Source of the DNA: Desulfocapsa sp.
GTDB lineage: Bacteria; Desulfobacterota; Desulfobulbia; Desulfobulbales; Desulfocapsaceae
Length of the DNA stretch: 64,000 bases
NCBI GenBank assembly: GCA_029934815.1
Contig: JAOZLM010000001.1
Location: 41-64,040 of the forward strand
Reading direction: 5' to 3'
The translations under genes and the position numbers were made by a program. Positions 1 through 9,780 of the stretch are shown here, piece by piece. The notes beneath the pieces were generated by a model. That model made no database searches. It was not told the origin of the DNA and saw only the letters and a list, made by a program, of their open reading frames with translations. Position 1 is the first letter of the stretch; each line of letters opens with the position of its first letter.

Positions 1-13
1 GTTTCCCGCTCCA
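1..13 (+). tRNA. 3' end of a tRNA cut by the window edge (probably tRNA-Gly)
   Basis: GTTTCCCGCTCCA looks like the acceptor 3' strand plus CCA typical of tRNA-Gly; Gly-Thr-tuf is a common order. Anticodon not visible. Confidence 0.55.
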
Positions 14-48
14 TACGATATCTGTTTTTTTTTATTTTTTTGTATCAG

Positions 49-124
49 GCTCATATAGCTCAGTTGGTAGAGCGCATCCTTGGTAAGGATGAGGCCAACG
101 GTTCAAATCCGTTTATGAGCTCCA
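49..124 (+). tRNA. tRNA-Thr(GGT)
   Basis: GCTCATA/TATGAGC acceptor stem, CATCC-TTGGTAA-GGATG anticodon arm, GGTTCAAATCC T arm, CCA end; 76 nt. Confidence 0.96.
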
Positions 125-164
125 AAAACACCGTTATTGTAAACGGCCAGAGGAGACTACTACT

Positions 165-1355
165 ATGTCAAAAGAAAAATTTGAAAGGACTAAACCGCAT
201 GTCAATGTAGGTACCATTGGTCACATCGATCATGGTAAAACTACTCTGACCGCTGCAATTACCGCTGTACAGGCACAGAAAGGATTCGCTGAATTTACTG
301 ATTTCAGTAACATCGATAAAGCTCCTGAAGAGAAAGAACGTGGAATTACCATCGCCACTGCTCACGTTGAGTATGAGACTGAAAATCGTCACTACGCTCA
401 TGTCGATTGCCCGGGCCATGCTGATTACATCAAGAACATGATTACCGGTGCTGCCCAGATGGACGGTGCTATTCTTGTTGTTGGTGCTGATGATGGTGCC
501 ATGCCTCAGACTCGTGAGCATATCTTGCTTGCCCGTCAGGTTGGTGTTCCTGCAATCGTTGTATTCCTTAACAAGTGCGACATGGTTGATGATGATGAAC
601 TCATCGAACTTGTAGAGATGGAACTTCGTGAGCTCCTTGATAAGTATGAATTCCCTGGTGATGATATTCCAATCATCCACGGTTCTGCTTTGAAAGCTCT
701 TGAGAATCCAACAGATCCTGAAGCTACTAAGTGCATAGACGAACTGATGGCTGCCATCGATTCTTATATCCCAGAACCAGAACGTGACGTTGATCAGCCT
801 TTCCTTATGCCAATTGAGGATGTTTTCTCAATCTCCGGCCGTGGAACAGTTGCAACAGGTCGTGTTGAGCGTGGTGTTGTTCACGTTGGTGATGAAATTG
901 AGATCGTTGGAATCAAAGAAACCGCAAAAACCACCTGTACCGGTGTTGAAATGTTTCGTAAACTCCTTGACGAAGGTCAGGCGGGTGACAATATCGGCGC
1001 ATTGCTTCGTGGTACCAAGCGTGAAGAAATCGAGCGTGGCCAGGTTCTTGCAGCTCCAGGCTCCATTCTACCACATACTAAATTTAAAGCTGAGTGTTAT
1101 ATCCTTGGAAAAGATGAGGGTGGACGTCACACCCCATTCTTTGACGGATACCGTCCTCAGTTCTACTTCAGAACAACAGATGTTACCGGAGTTATTTCTC
1201 TGCCCGAAGGTGTAGAGATGGTAATGCCAGGTGATAACCTGCATGTTGACGCTGAACTTATTACTCCAATCGCCATGGATGTTGGTCTTCGCTTTGCAAT
1301 TCGCGAAGGTGGACGTACCGTTGGTGCTGGTGTTATTAGTGAGATCAGCGAATAA
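165..1355 (+). CDS. tuf: Elongation factor Tu (copy 1)
   Basis: [13 protein letters not shown] and NKCD motifs; 396 aa. Confidence 0.99.
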   Translation: MSKEKFERTKPHVNVGTIGHIDHGKTTLTAAITAVQAQKGFAEFTDFSNIDKAPEEKERGITIATAHVEYETENRHYAHVDCPGHADYIKNMITGAAQMDGAILVVGADDGAMPQTREHILLARQVGVPAIVVFLNKCDMVDDDELIELVEMELRELLDKYEFPGDDIPIIHGSALKALENPTDPEATKCIDELMAAIDSYIPEPERDVDQPFLMPIEDVFSISGRGTVATGRVERGVVHVGDEIEIVGIKETAKTTCTGVEMFRKLLDEGQAGDNIGALLRGTKREEIERGQVLAAPGSILPHTKFKAECYILGKDEGGRHTPFFDGYRPQFYFRTTDVTGVISLPEGVEMVMPGDNLHVDAELITPIAMDVGLRFAIREGGRTVGAGVISEISE

Positions 1356-1365
1356 ATAACCATAT

Positions 1366-1404
1366 CAAAACACTTCTTCGGTAATTGTCGGTGAAGTGTT
1401 TTTG
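1366..1404 (+). terminator. Terminator-like hairpin after tuf
   Basis: AAAACACTTC...GAAGTGTTTT inverted repeat ending in a T run. Confidence 0.55.
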
Positions 1405-1419
1405 CTATTAGGAATTATC

Positions 1420-1569
1420 ATGAGAGATATCGTAACCCTTGCGTGTGGTACTTGCAAAAACCGTAATTACACCACGACAAAAAATAAAAGAAATACCCCA
1501 GGTAAACTGGAGCTTAAAAAATACTGCCCATTCTGCAGAACACATACACCGCACAAAGAAACGAAATAG
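1420..1569 (+). CDS. rpmG: 50S ribosomal protein L33 (Zn-binding form; below the ORF-track cutoff)
   Basis: Manual translation [49 protein letters not shown]; AGGA upstream; tuf-rpmG-tRNA-Trp-secE order. Confidence 0.97.
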   Translation: MRDIVTLACGTCKNRNYTTTKNKRNTPGKLELKKYCPFCRTHTPHKETK

Positions 1570-1576
1570 TTTCTGT

Positions 1577-1653
1577 AGGCCAGTAGCTCTAATTGGTAGA
1601 GCGCCGGACTCCAAATCCGGATGTTGGGGGTTCGACTCCCTCCTGGCCTGCCA
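1577..1653 (+). tRNA. tRNA-Trp(CCA)
   Basis: AGGCCAG/CTGGCCT acceptor stem, CCGGA-CTCCAAA-TCCGG anticodon arm, CCA end. Confidence 0.96.
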
Positions 1654-1703
1654 TTTGTATTTTGTGTAGCGAGTGAAGGTGCTTAATTCTGAGCAGGAAA
1701 TGG

Positions 1704-1964
1704 TTGACGGACATGGCAAAAAAGACAAAAAGCGGCGGCAAAAATAAACAGATTGCAGAAGAGAAAAAATCAGCTTTTGCTCCATCTGAAATTAAAAAAT
1801 TTGTTGACGAAGTAAAAGTTGAATTCACCAAGATTGTCTGGCCTGACAGGAAGACAACTATGAGTTTAACCGGTGTTGTCATTGTGTTCTCAATCTTAGC
1901 TTCAGCGTATCTCGGATCGGTTGATTTACTTCTTGGAAAACTGATTGATTCAGTTCTTCGTTAA
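1704..1964 (+). CDS. secE: Preprotein translocase subunit SecE
   Basis: EFTKIVWP motif plus one TM helix; upstream of nusG; start may be TTG 1704 or ATG 1713. Confidence 0.93.
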   Translation: MTDMAKKTKSGGKNKQIAEEKKSAFAPSEIKKFVDEVKVEFTKIVWPDRKTTMSLTGVVIVFSILASAYLGSVDLLLGKLIDSVLR

Positions 1965-1991
1965 ACCCTGGCTCTTACAAATAGAAACATT

Positions 1992-2525
1992 ATGGCAATA
2001 AACTGGTACATATTGCAGGTGCATTCCGGGTTTGAGGAGAAGGTAAAACTGACCCTTGAAGACAGAATTCAAAGAGCCGGACTTGAGGAATCATTTGGAG
2101 AAATCCTGGTTCCTGAAGAGCAGGTTGTTGAGATGGTAAAAGGCGAAAGAAAAACTTCATCACGTAAGTTTTTCCCTGGCTATATGCTAATCTCCATGGA
2201 TTTAAACGATGCCACCTGGCATATATTACATGAGAATATGCCTCGTGTAATTGGATTTGTAGGGGACGATGAGAATCCTACACCACTGCCGGATGAAGAT
2301 GCGCAAAAAATCATCAGTCGTATTCAGGATGGATCTGAAACTCCACGACCTAAAGTTATTTTTGAGATTGGTGAGGCTGTTCGTGTAACAGACGGCCCAT
2401 TTGCCAACTTCCAGGGTACTGTTGATGAAGTGTATCCTGAAAAGGGCAGAGTAAAAGTTATGGTTTCTATCTTCGGCCGGGAAACACCGGTTGAATTGGA
2501 ATACATACAGGTATCAAACAACTAA
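1992..2525 (+). CDS. nusG: Transcription termination/antitermination factor NusG
   Basis: WYILQVHSGFE, FFPGY and the KOW motif GPFANFQG...FGRETPVEL. Confidence 0.98.
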   Translation: MAINWYILQVHSGFEEKVKLTLEDRIQRAGLEESFGEILVPEEQVVEMVKGERKTSSRKFFPGYMLISMDLNDATWHILHENMPRVIGFVGDDENPTPLPDEDAQKIISRIQDGSETPRPKVIFEIGEAVRVTDGPFANFQGTVDEVYPEKGRVKVMVSIFGRETPVELEYIQVSNN

Positions 2526-2729
2526 TAATTCTGGAAAAGTTCATCAGCATATCAGCTTTGAGCGATCAATCCATTCGGCATACAAAAGCGTATAACCGAA
2601 CGAACAGTCGCCCATATCTGGTACACTGCTAAACTTTTCTAAGATAAAAATCGTATCTAAATCGTTCAACTTAACAGTTTGGCGATTCAAAAATAAAGAA
2701 AAACTCTATTAATAGAGTAGGAGTTCGAA

Positions 2730-3158
2730 ATGGCAAAGAAAATTTCGGCGTTTATTAAATTACAGATTCCGGCCGGAAAAGCCAATCCTTCACCCCCTGT
2801 TGGACCTGCACTTGGTCAGCATGGTGTGAATATTATGGAATTTTGTAAGGCATTCAACGCCAGAACCCAGGAACTCGGTGATACCATTGTTCCTGTTGTT
2901 ATCACAGTTTATGCCGACAGATCATTCAGCTATATCACCAAGACCACACCAGCATCAGTTCTTCTGATGAAGGCTGTCGGCCTGAAGAAAGCATCATCTA
3001 ATCCAAAAGCTGATCGTGTAGCTGAAATTGGAATGGATAAAGTGCGTGAAATTGCTGAAATCAAAATGCCTGATCTTAATGCATATGATCTGGATGCTGC
3101 CAGCAAGATTATTGCCGGTACTGCTAAAAGTATGGGCATCACGGTAGTGACCGCTTAA
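2730..3158 (+). CDS. rplK: 50S ribosomal protein L11
   Basis: [23 protein letters not shown]. Confidence 0.99.
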   Translation: MAKKISAFIKLQIPAGKANPSPPVGPALGQHGVNIMEFCKAFNARTQELGDTIVPVVITVYADRSFSYITKTTPASVLLMKAVGLKKASSNPKADRVAEIGMDKVREIAEIKMPDLNAYDLDAASKIIAGTAKSMGITVVTA

Positions 3159-3227
3159 TTATAAATTTAACATACTGCTGTGACCGAACTATTTGAAGAA
3201 AACGGTCTGCGAGAGTAGGAGGCTGAT

Positions 3228-3932
3228 ATGCCGAAGCATGGAAAGAATTACCGTAATAAAAGTGAAGCCATTGATCGTACCGCACAATATGGTCTTGAAG
3301 ACGCTGTAAAGCATTTAGTTGCCGGCAGCTTTGTCAAATTTGATGAGACTGTTGACATTGCAATGAAGCTTGGTGTGGATCCACGCCACGCAGATCAGAT
3401 GGTTCGCTCCTCTGTAGTACTTCCACACGGAACAGGAAAAGAGACCAGAGTATTGGTTTTCGCCAAAGGCGATAAAGAAGCAGAGGCCAAAGAGGCTGGT
3501 GCTGATTTCGTCGGTGGAGACGATCTGGTAGAAAAGATCAAAGAAGGATGGACTGATTTTGATAAAACAGTCGCCACTCCTGATATGATGGGTACCGTTG
3601 GTAAGATTGGTCGAATTTTAGGACCCAGAAATCTTATGCCAAATGCAAAACTTGGTACCGTAACGTTTGATCTTGCCAATATAATAAAAGAAATCAAATC
3701 CGGTAAGGTGGATTTTCGCGTTGAAAAAACCGGTATCATCCATGCTGGTGTTGGTAAAGTCTCTTTTGGCGCTGAGAATCTTACTGAGAACCTGAAAGCC
3801 TTTGTCACAAAAGTTGTTCAGCTCAAGCCTTCTTCAGCTAAAGGAATTTACCTTCGCTCGGTCACCATCAGCACCACCATGGGACCAGGTGTTAAGCTCG
3901 ACCCCATCGCACTTGCTGCTTATGTTAAGTAA
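3228..3932 (+). CDS. rplA: 50S ribosomal protein L1
   Basis: [26 protein letters not shown]. Confidence 0.99.
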   Translation: MPKHGKNYRNKSEAIDRTAQYGLEDAVKHLVAGSFVKFDETVDIAMKLGVDPRHADQMVRSSVVLPHGTGKETRVLVFAKGDKEAEAKEAGADFVGGDDLVEKIKEGWTDFDKTVATPDMMGTVGKIGRILGPRNLMPNAKLGTVTFDLANIIKEIKSGKVDFRVEKTGIIHAGVGKVSFGAENLTENLKAFVTKVVQLKPSSAKGIYLRSVTISTTMGPGVKLDPIALAAYVK

Positions 3933-3972
3933 GTTCGATTTTAGATATTAGACTAGTTTTATTAGACAAATC

Positions 3973-4035
3973 AACGTCGAAGACAGCAGGAACCGCTAGC
4001 GGTTTAATCACAGATTGTGTCCTGCCGAGGCCATG
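3973..4035 (+). promoter_or_regulatory. L10 leader (rplJ autogenous control RNA), approximate bounds
   Basis: GAAGACAGCAGG...TTTAA...CCTGCCGAGG upstream of rplJ resembles the core of the L10 leader. Confidence 0.75.
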
Positions 4036-4153
4036 GAAAAAATTCTTAACCTCCAGTAAGTTCGTTTAACGCATTTGCTGAAGTATTTTTTATTTTGACC
4101 GTCACTGCTGCCTAAGGCATAAGAATAACCTAAACCGACTAAGGAGGAGCATT

Positions 4154-4681
4154 TTGAACCGTGATGATAAATCAGCAATAGTTTCTGAGTTGAATGAATC
4201 GTTCAGCCGAGCCAAGTTTACTGTGGTAACAGATTATTGTGGATTAACGGTTTCTGAGTTGCAAGAGCTTCGTATTCAATTACGCAGCTGTGATTCAGAG
4301 ATTCGAATTGCAAAGAACACTCTTCTTAAAAGGGCAGTATCGGATACAGCTAGTGATATACTTGCTGATGATTTCGCTGGCACTACAGCAGTAGTAATGG
4401 CGTATGATGATCCGGTCGGTCCCGCAAAGGCGCTCGCCCAATTTGCAGATGAACATGATAAACTGCAGATTCGCGCAGCTGTCCTTGAAGGAGAGAAAAT
4501 TTCTTCAGAAGAGCTGATCGCTCTGTCCAAACTTCCTTCTAAGGATGTATTGCTTGGACAGTTCCTTTCCGTTCTCAACAGTGTACCCACCGGGCTTGTT
4601 CGGGTTCTCTCAGGAGTTCCAAGAACATTTCTATATGGCTTACAAGCTGTTAAAGAGCAGAAAGAAGAACAAGAAGCGTAG
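4154..4681 (+). CDS. rplJ: 50S ribosomal protein L10 (TTG start)
   Basis: DYCGLTV, KNTLLKRA; AGGAGG RBS. Confidence 0.97.
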   Translation: MNRDDKSAIVSELNESFSRAKFTVVTDYCGLTVSELQELRIQLRSCDSEIRIAKNTLLKRAVSDTASDILADDFAGTTAVVMAYDDPVGPAKALAQFADEHDKLQIRAAVLEGEKISSEELIALSKLPSKDVLLGQFLSVLNSVPTGLVRVLSGVPRTFLYGLQAVKEQKEEQEA

Positions 4682-4772
4682 TTCTGATGAATACAAGATG
4701 CTGCTGGCAGGAATAGCCTGCTGCACATCTTAACAAAGATTATTTAACGAATAAAATACGAGGTATTATCCA

Positions 4773-5153
4773 ATGGCTGTAACTAAAGACGATGTAATTG
4801 AATTCCTGTCCAACATGTCTGTACTTGAGCTTTCAGAGCTTATTAAAGATCTCGAAGAGAAATTCGGCGTATCTGCTGCTGCTCCTGCTGCAGTTGCTGT
4901 TGCCGGTGCTCCTGCTGATGGTGGCGAAGCCGCTGCTGAGCAGACCGAATTTGACGTTATCCTTACTTCTTTTGGCGATGCCAAGATTAAGGTAATTAAA
5001 GAAGTTCGTGCCATCACTTCTCTTGGCCTGAAAGAAGCAAAAGGTCTTGTTGAAGCTTGCCCTACTCCTCTCAAGGAAGGCGTTTCTAAAGATGAAGCAG
5101 AAGCTATCAAGAAGCAGATTGAAGAAGTTGGTGCTCAAGCGGAAGTTAAGTAA
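4773..5153 (+). CDS. rplL: 50S ribosomal protein L7/L12
   Basis: [10 protein letters not shown] hinge; [20 protein letters not shown]. Confidence 0.99.
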   Translation: MAVTKDDVIEFLSNMSVLELSELIKDLEEKFGVSAAAPAAVAVAGAPADGGEAAAEQTEFDVILTSFGDAKIKVIKEVRAITSLGLKEAKGLVEACPTPLKEGVSKDEAEAIKKQIEEVGAQAEVK

Positions 5154-5575
5154 TCCACTTCTGCATATGGATATCCGCATAAGATGCTGATATCCTGATT
5201 TAAGCGATACGCTACGGGCTAATAGTCCGATGGCGTATCGTGCTTTATAGTAAGTAAACCAATTGATGTTTGAAAATGTCGGAAATACAAAGGGTTACCT
5301 TTGTTGCTCCGTTTCTTTGTTTTCCAGTTTTGATGAGCCCCACGAGTGTGTATAGCTATGAAAATTAATGAAATCAAAGGTCATTTTACGAAAGAGAGCC
5401 ATTATCCGGCTTCTTGTTACCACTCAGGTAATATTCCCTCCGTACCCGCCGTACCCTAAATTTTAAATTACCGGGCTTTGCAGCCACCCTGCGAAGCTGT
5501 TTAGTCCACTGCTCAGGTTTAATTCCGGGCACAGATATATAAAGATTATCCGTTAAAGGCATCCCGAGGTAAATT

Positions 5576-8500
5576 ATGGAAAGAATAAGAAAAAACTTTG
5601 CCACTGCTTCATCGTTGATGGAGCCGCCGCATTTAATTTCAATGCAGCGTATCTCCTATGATAAGTTTTTGCAAATAGATGTAGATCCCAGTGAACGTCA
5701 AGATTTTGGTTTGCAGGCTATTTTTAAAAATGTCTTTCCAATCAATGACTTCAATGGCCATTGTTCTCTCGAATTTGTTAACTATTCCTTTGGTGTGCCC
5801 AAGTACACTATTGCCGAATGTCAGCAGCGTGGAATGACTTATGATATTCCGGTAAAAATCACTGTTCGTCTTATCACTTTTGATGTGGACGAAGAGACTG
5901 AGGTGCAGACAATCCGTGATATCAAGGAACAGCAGGTTTTCCTTGGAGCACTGCCTCTAATGACCGGTGATGGTGTCTTTGTTGTGAATGGTACCGAACG
6001 AGCCATTGTCTCACAGCTTCAACGTTCTCCCGGTTTGTTCTTTACCCACGATCAGGGAAAGAAACATTCCAGTGGTAAATTACTCTATTCAGCACGCATT
6101 ATACCTGTACGCGGCTCCTGGATTGACCTCGAGTTTGATATTAAAGATGTCCTCCATGTTCGTATTGATCGCCGCCGTAAATTTCCGGTGACAACTCTTC
6201 TGAAAGCTCTTGATTTTGATCTTACTGAGGAAGATGAGCCGGTACATAATTCTGAGCAACTTCTGCGTAAATTTTATATCACTCTTAAGGTACACCAGAA
6301 GAAAGGTAACTATTTTGTAGAGTTTAATCCTAATACCGTTCAGGGACAACGGCTAGAATTCGATCTGGTTGACCCCAAAACCGGAGATGTTATTGGGAAA
6401 GAAGGTAAAAAACTCGGTAAAGCACTCTGTAAACGAATGGAAAAAGCTGGTGTAGAATTCCTGAAAATCTCCCGTGAAAGATTACTTGAAAAATTTCTCG
6501 TAACTGACATTGTCGAGCCAAAAACAGGTGAGATTCTTGCCGCTGGAAATGCCGAACTTACAGAGATCATACTTGATTCTTTTGATGAAGCCGGAATCAA
6601 AGAGTTTGAGATTTTACATATCGACGGTATCGTCTACTCGGAAGCGTTTAGAAAAACACTGGCCCTTGATAAAGTGCAGACTGCTGAAGATGCCATGCTT
6701 GAAATTTATCGCAGATTGCGTCCTTCAAGTCCTCCCACTGTTGAGGTTGCGCAGACATTCTTCAATAATCTCTTCTTCAACAAAGATCTATATGATCTCT
6801 CAGAAGTAGGTCGTTATAAAATAAATGCCCGTCTGAATCTTGATACTGATATTGAACATCGCGCACTCACCAAAGCAGATATTCTTGAGTCTGTTCTTTT
6901 CCTTGTTCGTTTAAAAGACAGCCAGGGTGATGTTGATGATATTGATCATCTTGGTAATCGTCGCGTACGAACTGTTGGCGAACTGGTCGAAAACCAGTAT
7001 CGCATGGGTCTTATCCGAATGGAGCGTGCCATTAAAGAGCGCATGACTTTGCAGGAAGTCGAAACCATGATGCCCCATGATCTGGTGAACCCCAAACCAA
7101 TTTCTGCTGCGATCAAAGAATTTTTTGGTACATCCCAACTTTCCCAGTTTATGGATCAGACCAACCCGCTTTCCGAAGTGACTCACAAGAGGCGTCTTTC
7201 TGCTCTTGGACCTGGCGGTCTTTCCCGTGAACGTGCCGGTTTTGAAGTTCGTGATGTTCATCCAACACACTATGGTCGTATCTGTCCGGTTGAGACTCCT
7301 GAAGGGCCAAATATTGGTCTTATCGTGTCCCTTGCCACCTACGCCAGAATCAATCCTTACGGTTTTATTGAAACACCATACCGTAAAGTTAAAGATTCAA
7401 TAGTACTTGATGAAGTGAAATTTTTAAGTGCATTGCAGGAGCAAAAACAGCTCATTGCTCCAGCTGCTACTATTCTTACTAAGAATAAGAAAATTGTTGC
7501 TGAAACCCTGATTGTCCGAGATGAAGGTGAGGTTGTTACTGCAACATCTGAAGACGTCAGCTATATGGATATTGCTCCGAATCAGCTGGTAAGTGTGGCC
7601 GCATCGCTTATTCCCTTTCTTGAAAATGATGATGCCAACCGTGCCCTGATGGGATCAAACATGCAGCGTCAGGCTGTACCGCTGATGATCTGTCATTCTC
7701 CTTTTGTCGGTACCGGCATGGAGCGTTATGTGGCAAGAGATTCTGGCGCATGCCTGCTGTCTGGTGGAGAAGGTGTAGTTGAAGAGATCGATTCCAACCG
7801 TGTTGTTGTACGCTACAATAAACCCGGTGTTGATGGATTTGATACAGGTGTAGGTGTATATCGACTTTCTAAATACAAAAAGTCAAACCAGAATACCTGT
7901 TTTACCCAGAATCCACTAGTGCTTCCAGGGGATAAAGTCACTAAGGGCACTGTCCTTGCTGACGGCCCATCCTGCGAATTTGGTGAACTTGCTCTTGGTA
8001 AAAACGTGACCATCGCCTTTATGCCATGGCGCGGATTTAACTTTGAGGATTCCATTCTTATTAATGAGAGACTCCTGAAAGAAGATACATTTACTTCTGT
8101 GCATATCGAAGTTTTTGATACCATGGCCCGTGATACCAAGCTTGGAAAAGAAGAGATCACACGCGATATTCCAAATGTGAGTGAAGAGACGCTTCGTAAT
8201 CTTGATGAGTCAGGAATCGTCCGCATTGGTGCCGATGTACATGCTGGTGATACACTGGTTGGAAAAGTAACACCTAAGGGTGAGACAATGCTTTCCCCTG
8301 AAGAGAAACTGCTTCGCGCAATCTTTGGTGAAAAAGCACAGGATGTAAAAGATTCTTCTCTTCGTGTTCCGCCAGGAGTCGAAGGTGTAGTTATTGATGC
8401 AAAAGTCTTCTCCAGAAAAGGAGTGGATAAAGACGAACGATCTCTCATGATTGAAGATATGGAGATTGAGCGCCTTAATAAAGATAAGCTTGATGAACTG

Positions 8501-9685
8501 GCCAGTCTCAAACATGGTGTTTGCCGTGAGATCGGTGAAATTATGGATGGCAAAACTGTCAAGCAGGACGTTGAAGATAAGCACGGCGAGGTTATCGTAA
8601 AACTTGGCAAGAAGATGAAGGCAGAGTTTGCTGAACTTGTTGGTTTTGCTGCCCTTGCTAACATTGATTTCTCTGAGAAGAGCAAGTTTGAAGGTGAGAT
8701 TGAGGCAGCTTACGGACGCTATAACAGTCAGAAAAAACTGATTGCCGACCGCTATGATGGAATTATTGAGCGTATGAAAAAAGGCGACGATCTTCCTCCA
8801 GGCGTTGTTAAAATGGTTAAAGTTTATGTGGCCACCAAACGGAAACTCTCCGTTGGTGATAAAATGGCTGGGCGACATGGTAATAAAGGTGTTGTTTCAA
8901 GACTTCTGCCAGAAGAAGATATGCCGTTTTTTGCTGATGGCACCACCGTTGATATCGTGTTGAACCCACTTGGTGTTCCTTCTCGTATGAATGTTGGCCA
9001 GGTGCTAGAAGTGCATCTTGGTTTTGCTGCAAAACGTATCGGAAAACAGCTTTCCGATCTTGCACAGGCAGAAGAAATAGATGCAATCAAGAAGAAGATG
9101 CAAGCTGTCTACTCCGAAGACGAATACAAGCAGATCACTGATGGAATGAGTGACGCCGAACTCTTTGACTGGTGCCGCAAACATTACCGTGGTATCCACG
9201 TTGCAACTCCTGTTTTTGATGGTGCAGAAGAAGATAAGATTCGCGCTATGCTTGTGGAAGCCGGTGTTGAGGAAGCTGGACAGAGTCAGCTCTATGACGG
9301 ACTTACCGGTGACCCGTTTGCCAATAAAGTCACTGTTGGCGTAATGTATATGCTGAAACTTCATCACCTTGTAGACAATAAAATCCATGCCCGTTCAACG
9401 GGTCCATACTCCCTTGTTACCCAGCAGCCGCTTGGTGGTAAGGCGCAGTTTGGTGGACAGCGACTTGGTGAAATGGAAGTGTGGGCAATGGAAGCGTACG
9501 GCGCAGCTTACACCCTGAAAGAATTTTTGACTGCTAAGTCTGATGATGTTGAAGGTCGAACAACCATGTACGAACGCATCGTTAAAGGGAATAACTTCCT
9601 GACAACTGGCCTGCCCGAATCTTTCCACGTACTCGTGAAAGAACTTCAGGGTTTGTGCCTCGACATGGAACTTATAGACGTTTAG
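5576..9685 (+). CDS. rpoB: RNA polymerase beta subunit
   Basis: SQFMDQTNPLSEVTHKRR, GDKMAGRHGNKG, FGGQRLGEME. Confidence 0.99.
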   Translation: MERIRKNFATASSLMEPPHLISMQRISYDKFLQIDVDPSERQDFGLQAIFKNVFPINDFNGHCSLEFVNYSFGVPKYTIAECQQRGMTYDIPVKITVRLITFDVDEETEVQTIRDIKEQQVFLGALPLMTGDGVFVVNGTERAIVSQLQRSPGLFFTHDQGKKHSSGKLLYSARIIPVRGSWIDLEFDIKDVLHVRIDRRRKFPVTTLLKALDFDLTEEDEPVHNSEQLLRKFYITLKVHQKKGNYFVEFNPNTVQGQRLEFDLVDPKTGDVIGKEGKKLGKALCKRMEKAGVEFLKISRERLLEKFLVTDIVEPKTGEILAAGNAELTEIILDSFDEAGIKEFEILHIDGIVYSEAFRKTLALDKVQTAEDAMLEIYRRLRPSSPPTVEVAQTFFNNLFFNKDLYDLSEVGRYKINARLNLDTDIEHRALTKADILESVLFLVRLKDSQGDVDDIDHLGNRRVRTVGELVENQYRMGLIRMERAIKERMTLQEVETMMPHDLVNPKPISAAIKEFFGTSQLSQFMDQTNPLSEVTHKRRLSALGPGGLSRERAGFEVRDVHPTHYGRICPVETPEGPNIGLIVSLATYARINPYGFIETPYRKVKDSIVLDEVKFLSALQEQKQLIAPAATILTKNKKIVAETLIVRDEGEVVTATSEDVSYMDIAPNQLVSVAASLIPFLENDDANRALMGSNMQRQAVPLMICHSPFVGTGMERYVARDSGACLLSGGEGVVEEIDSNRVVVRYNKPGVDGFDTGVGVYRLSKYKKSNQNTCFTQNPLVLPGDKVTKGTVLADGPSCEFGELALGKNVTIAFMPWRGFNFEDSILINERLLKEDTFTSVHIEVFDTMARDTKLGKEEITRDIPNVSEETLRNLDESGIVRIGADVHAGDTLVGKVTPKGETMLSPEEKLLRAIFGEKAQDVKDSSLRVPPGVEGVVIDAKVFSRKGVDKDERSLMIEDMEIERLNKDKLDELASLKHGVCREIGEIMDGKTVKQDVEDKHGEVIVKLGKKMKAEFAELVGFAALANIDFSEKSKFEGEIEAAYGRYNSQKKLIADRYDGIIERMKKGDDLPPGVVKMVKVYVATKRKLSVGDKMAGRHGNKGVVSRLLPEEDMPFFADGTTVDIVLNPLGVPSRMNVGQVLEVHLGFAAKRIGKQLSDLAQAEEIDAIKKKMQAVYSEDEYKQITDGMSDAELFDWCRKHYRGIHVATPVFDGAEEDKIRAMLVEAGVEEAGQSQLYDGLTGDPFANKVTVGVMYMLKLHHLVDNKIHARSTGPYSLVTQQPLGGKAQFGGQRLGEMEVWAMEAYGAAYTLKEFLTAKSDDVEGRTTMYERIVKGNNFLTTGLPESFHVLVKELQGLCLDMELIDV

Positions 9686-9780
9686 CAGCCAAATTATAAA
9701 ATTTTAAGTTTATAAAGGAATCTTGAGCTGAAAGCTTAAGTGCACTTTTAAAATTCTCTTTATATAAGGAGTATACTTTC

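Noticed and set aside
1408-1785. ORFs 1408..1785(-) and 1439..1669(+)
   Set aside because: They overlap rpmG and tRNA-Trp, which explain the sequence.
5331-5403. TGATGAG...TTTTACGA...CCAT, faintly like family A ends
   Set aside because: The match is too short and the internal blocks are missing.
7120-7220. Possible resistance substitutions in the RpoB rifampicin cluster (and in S12)
   Set aside because: Both read as the usual susceptible consensus.
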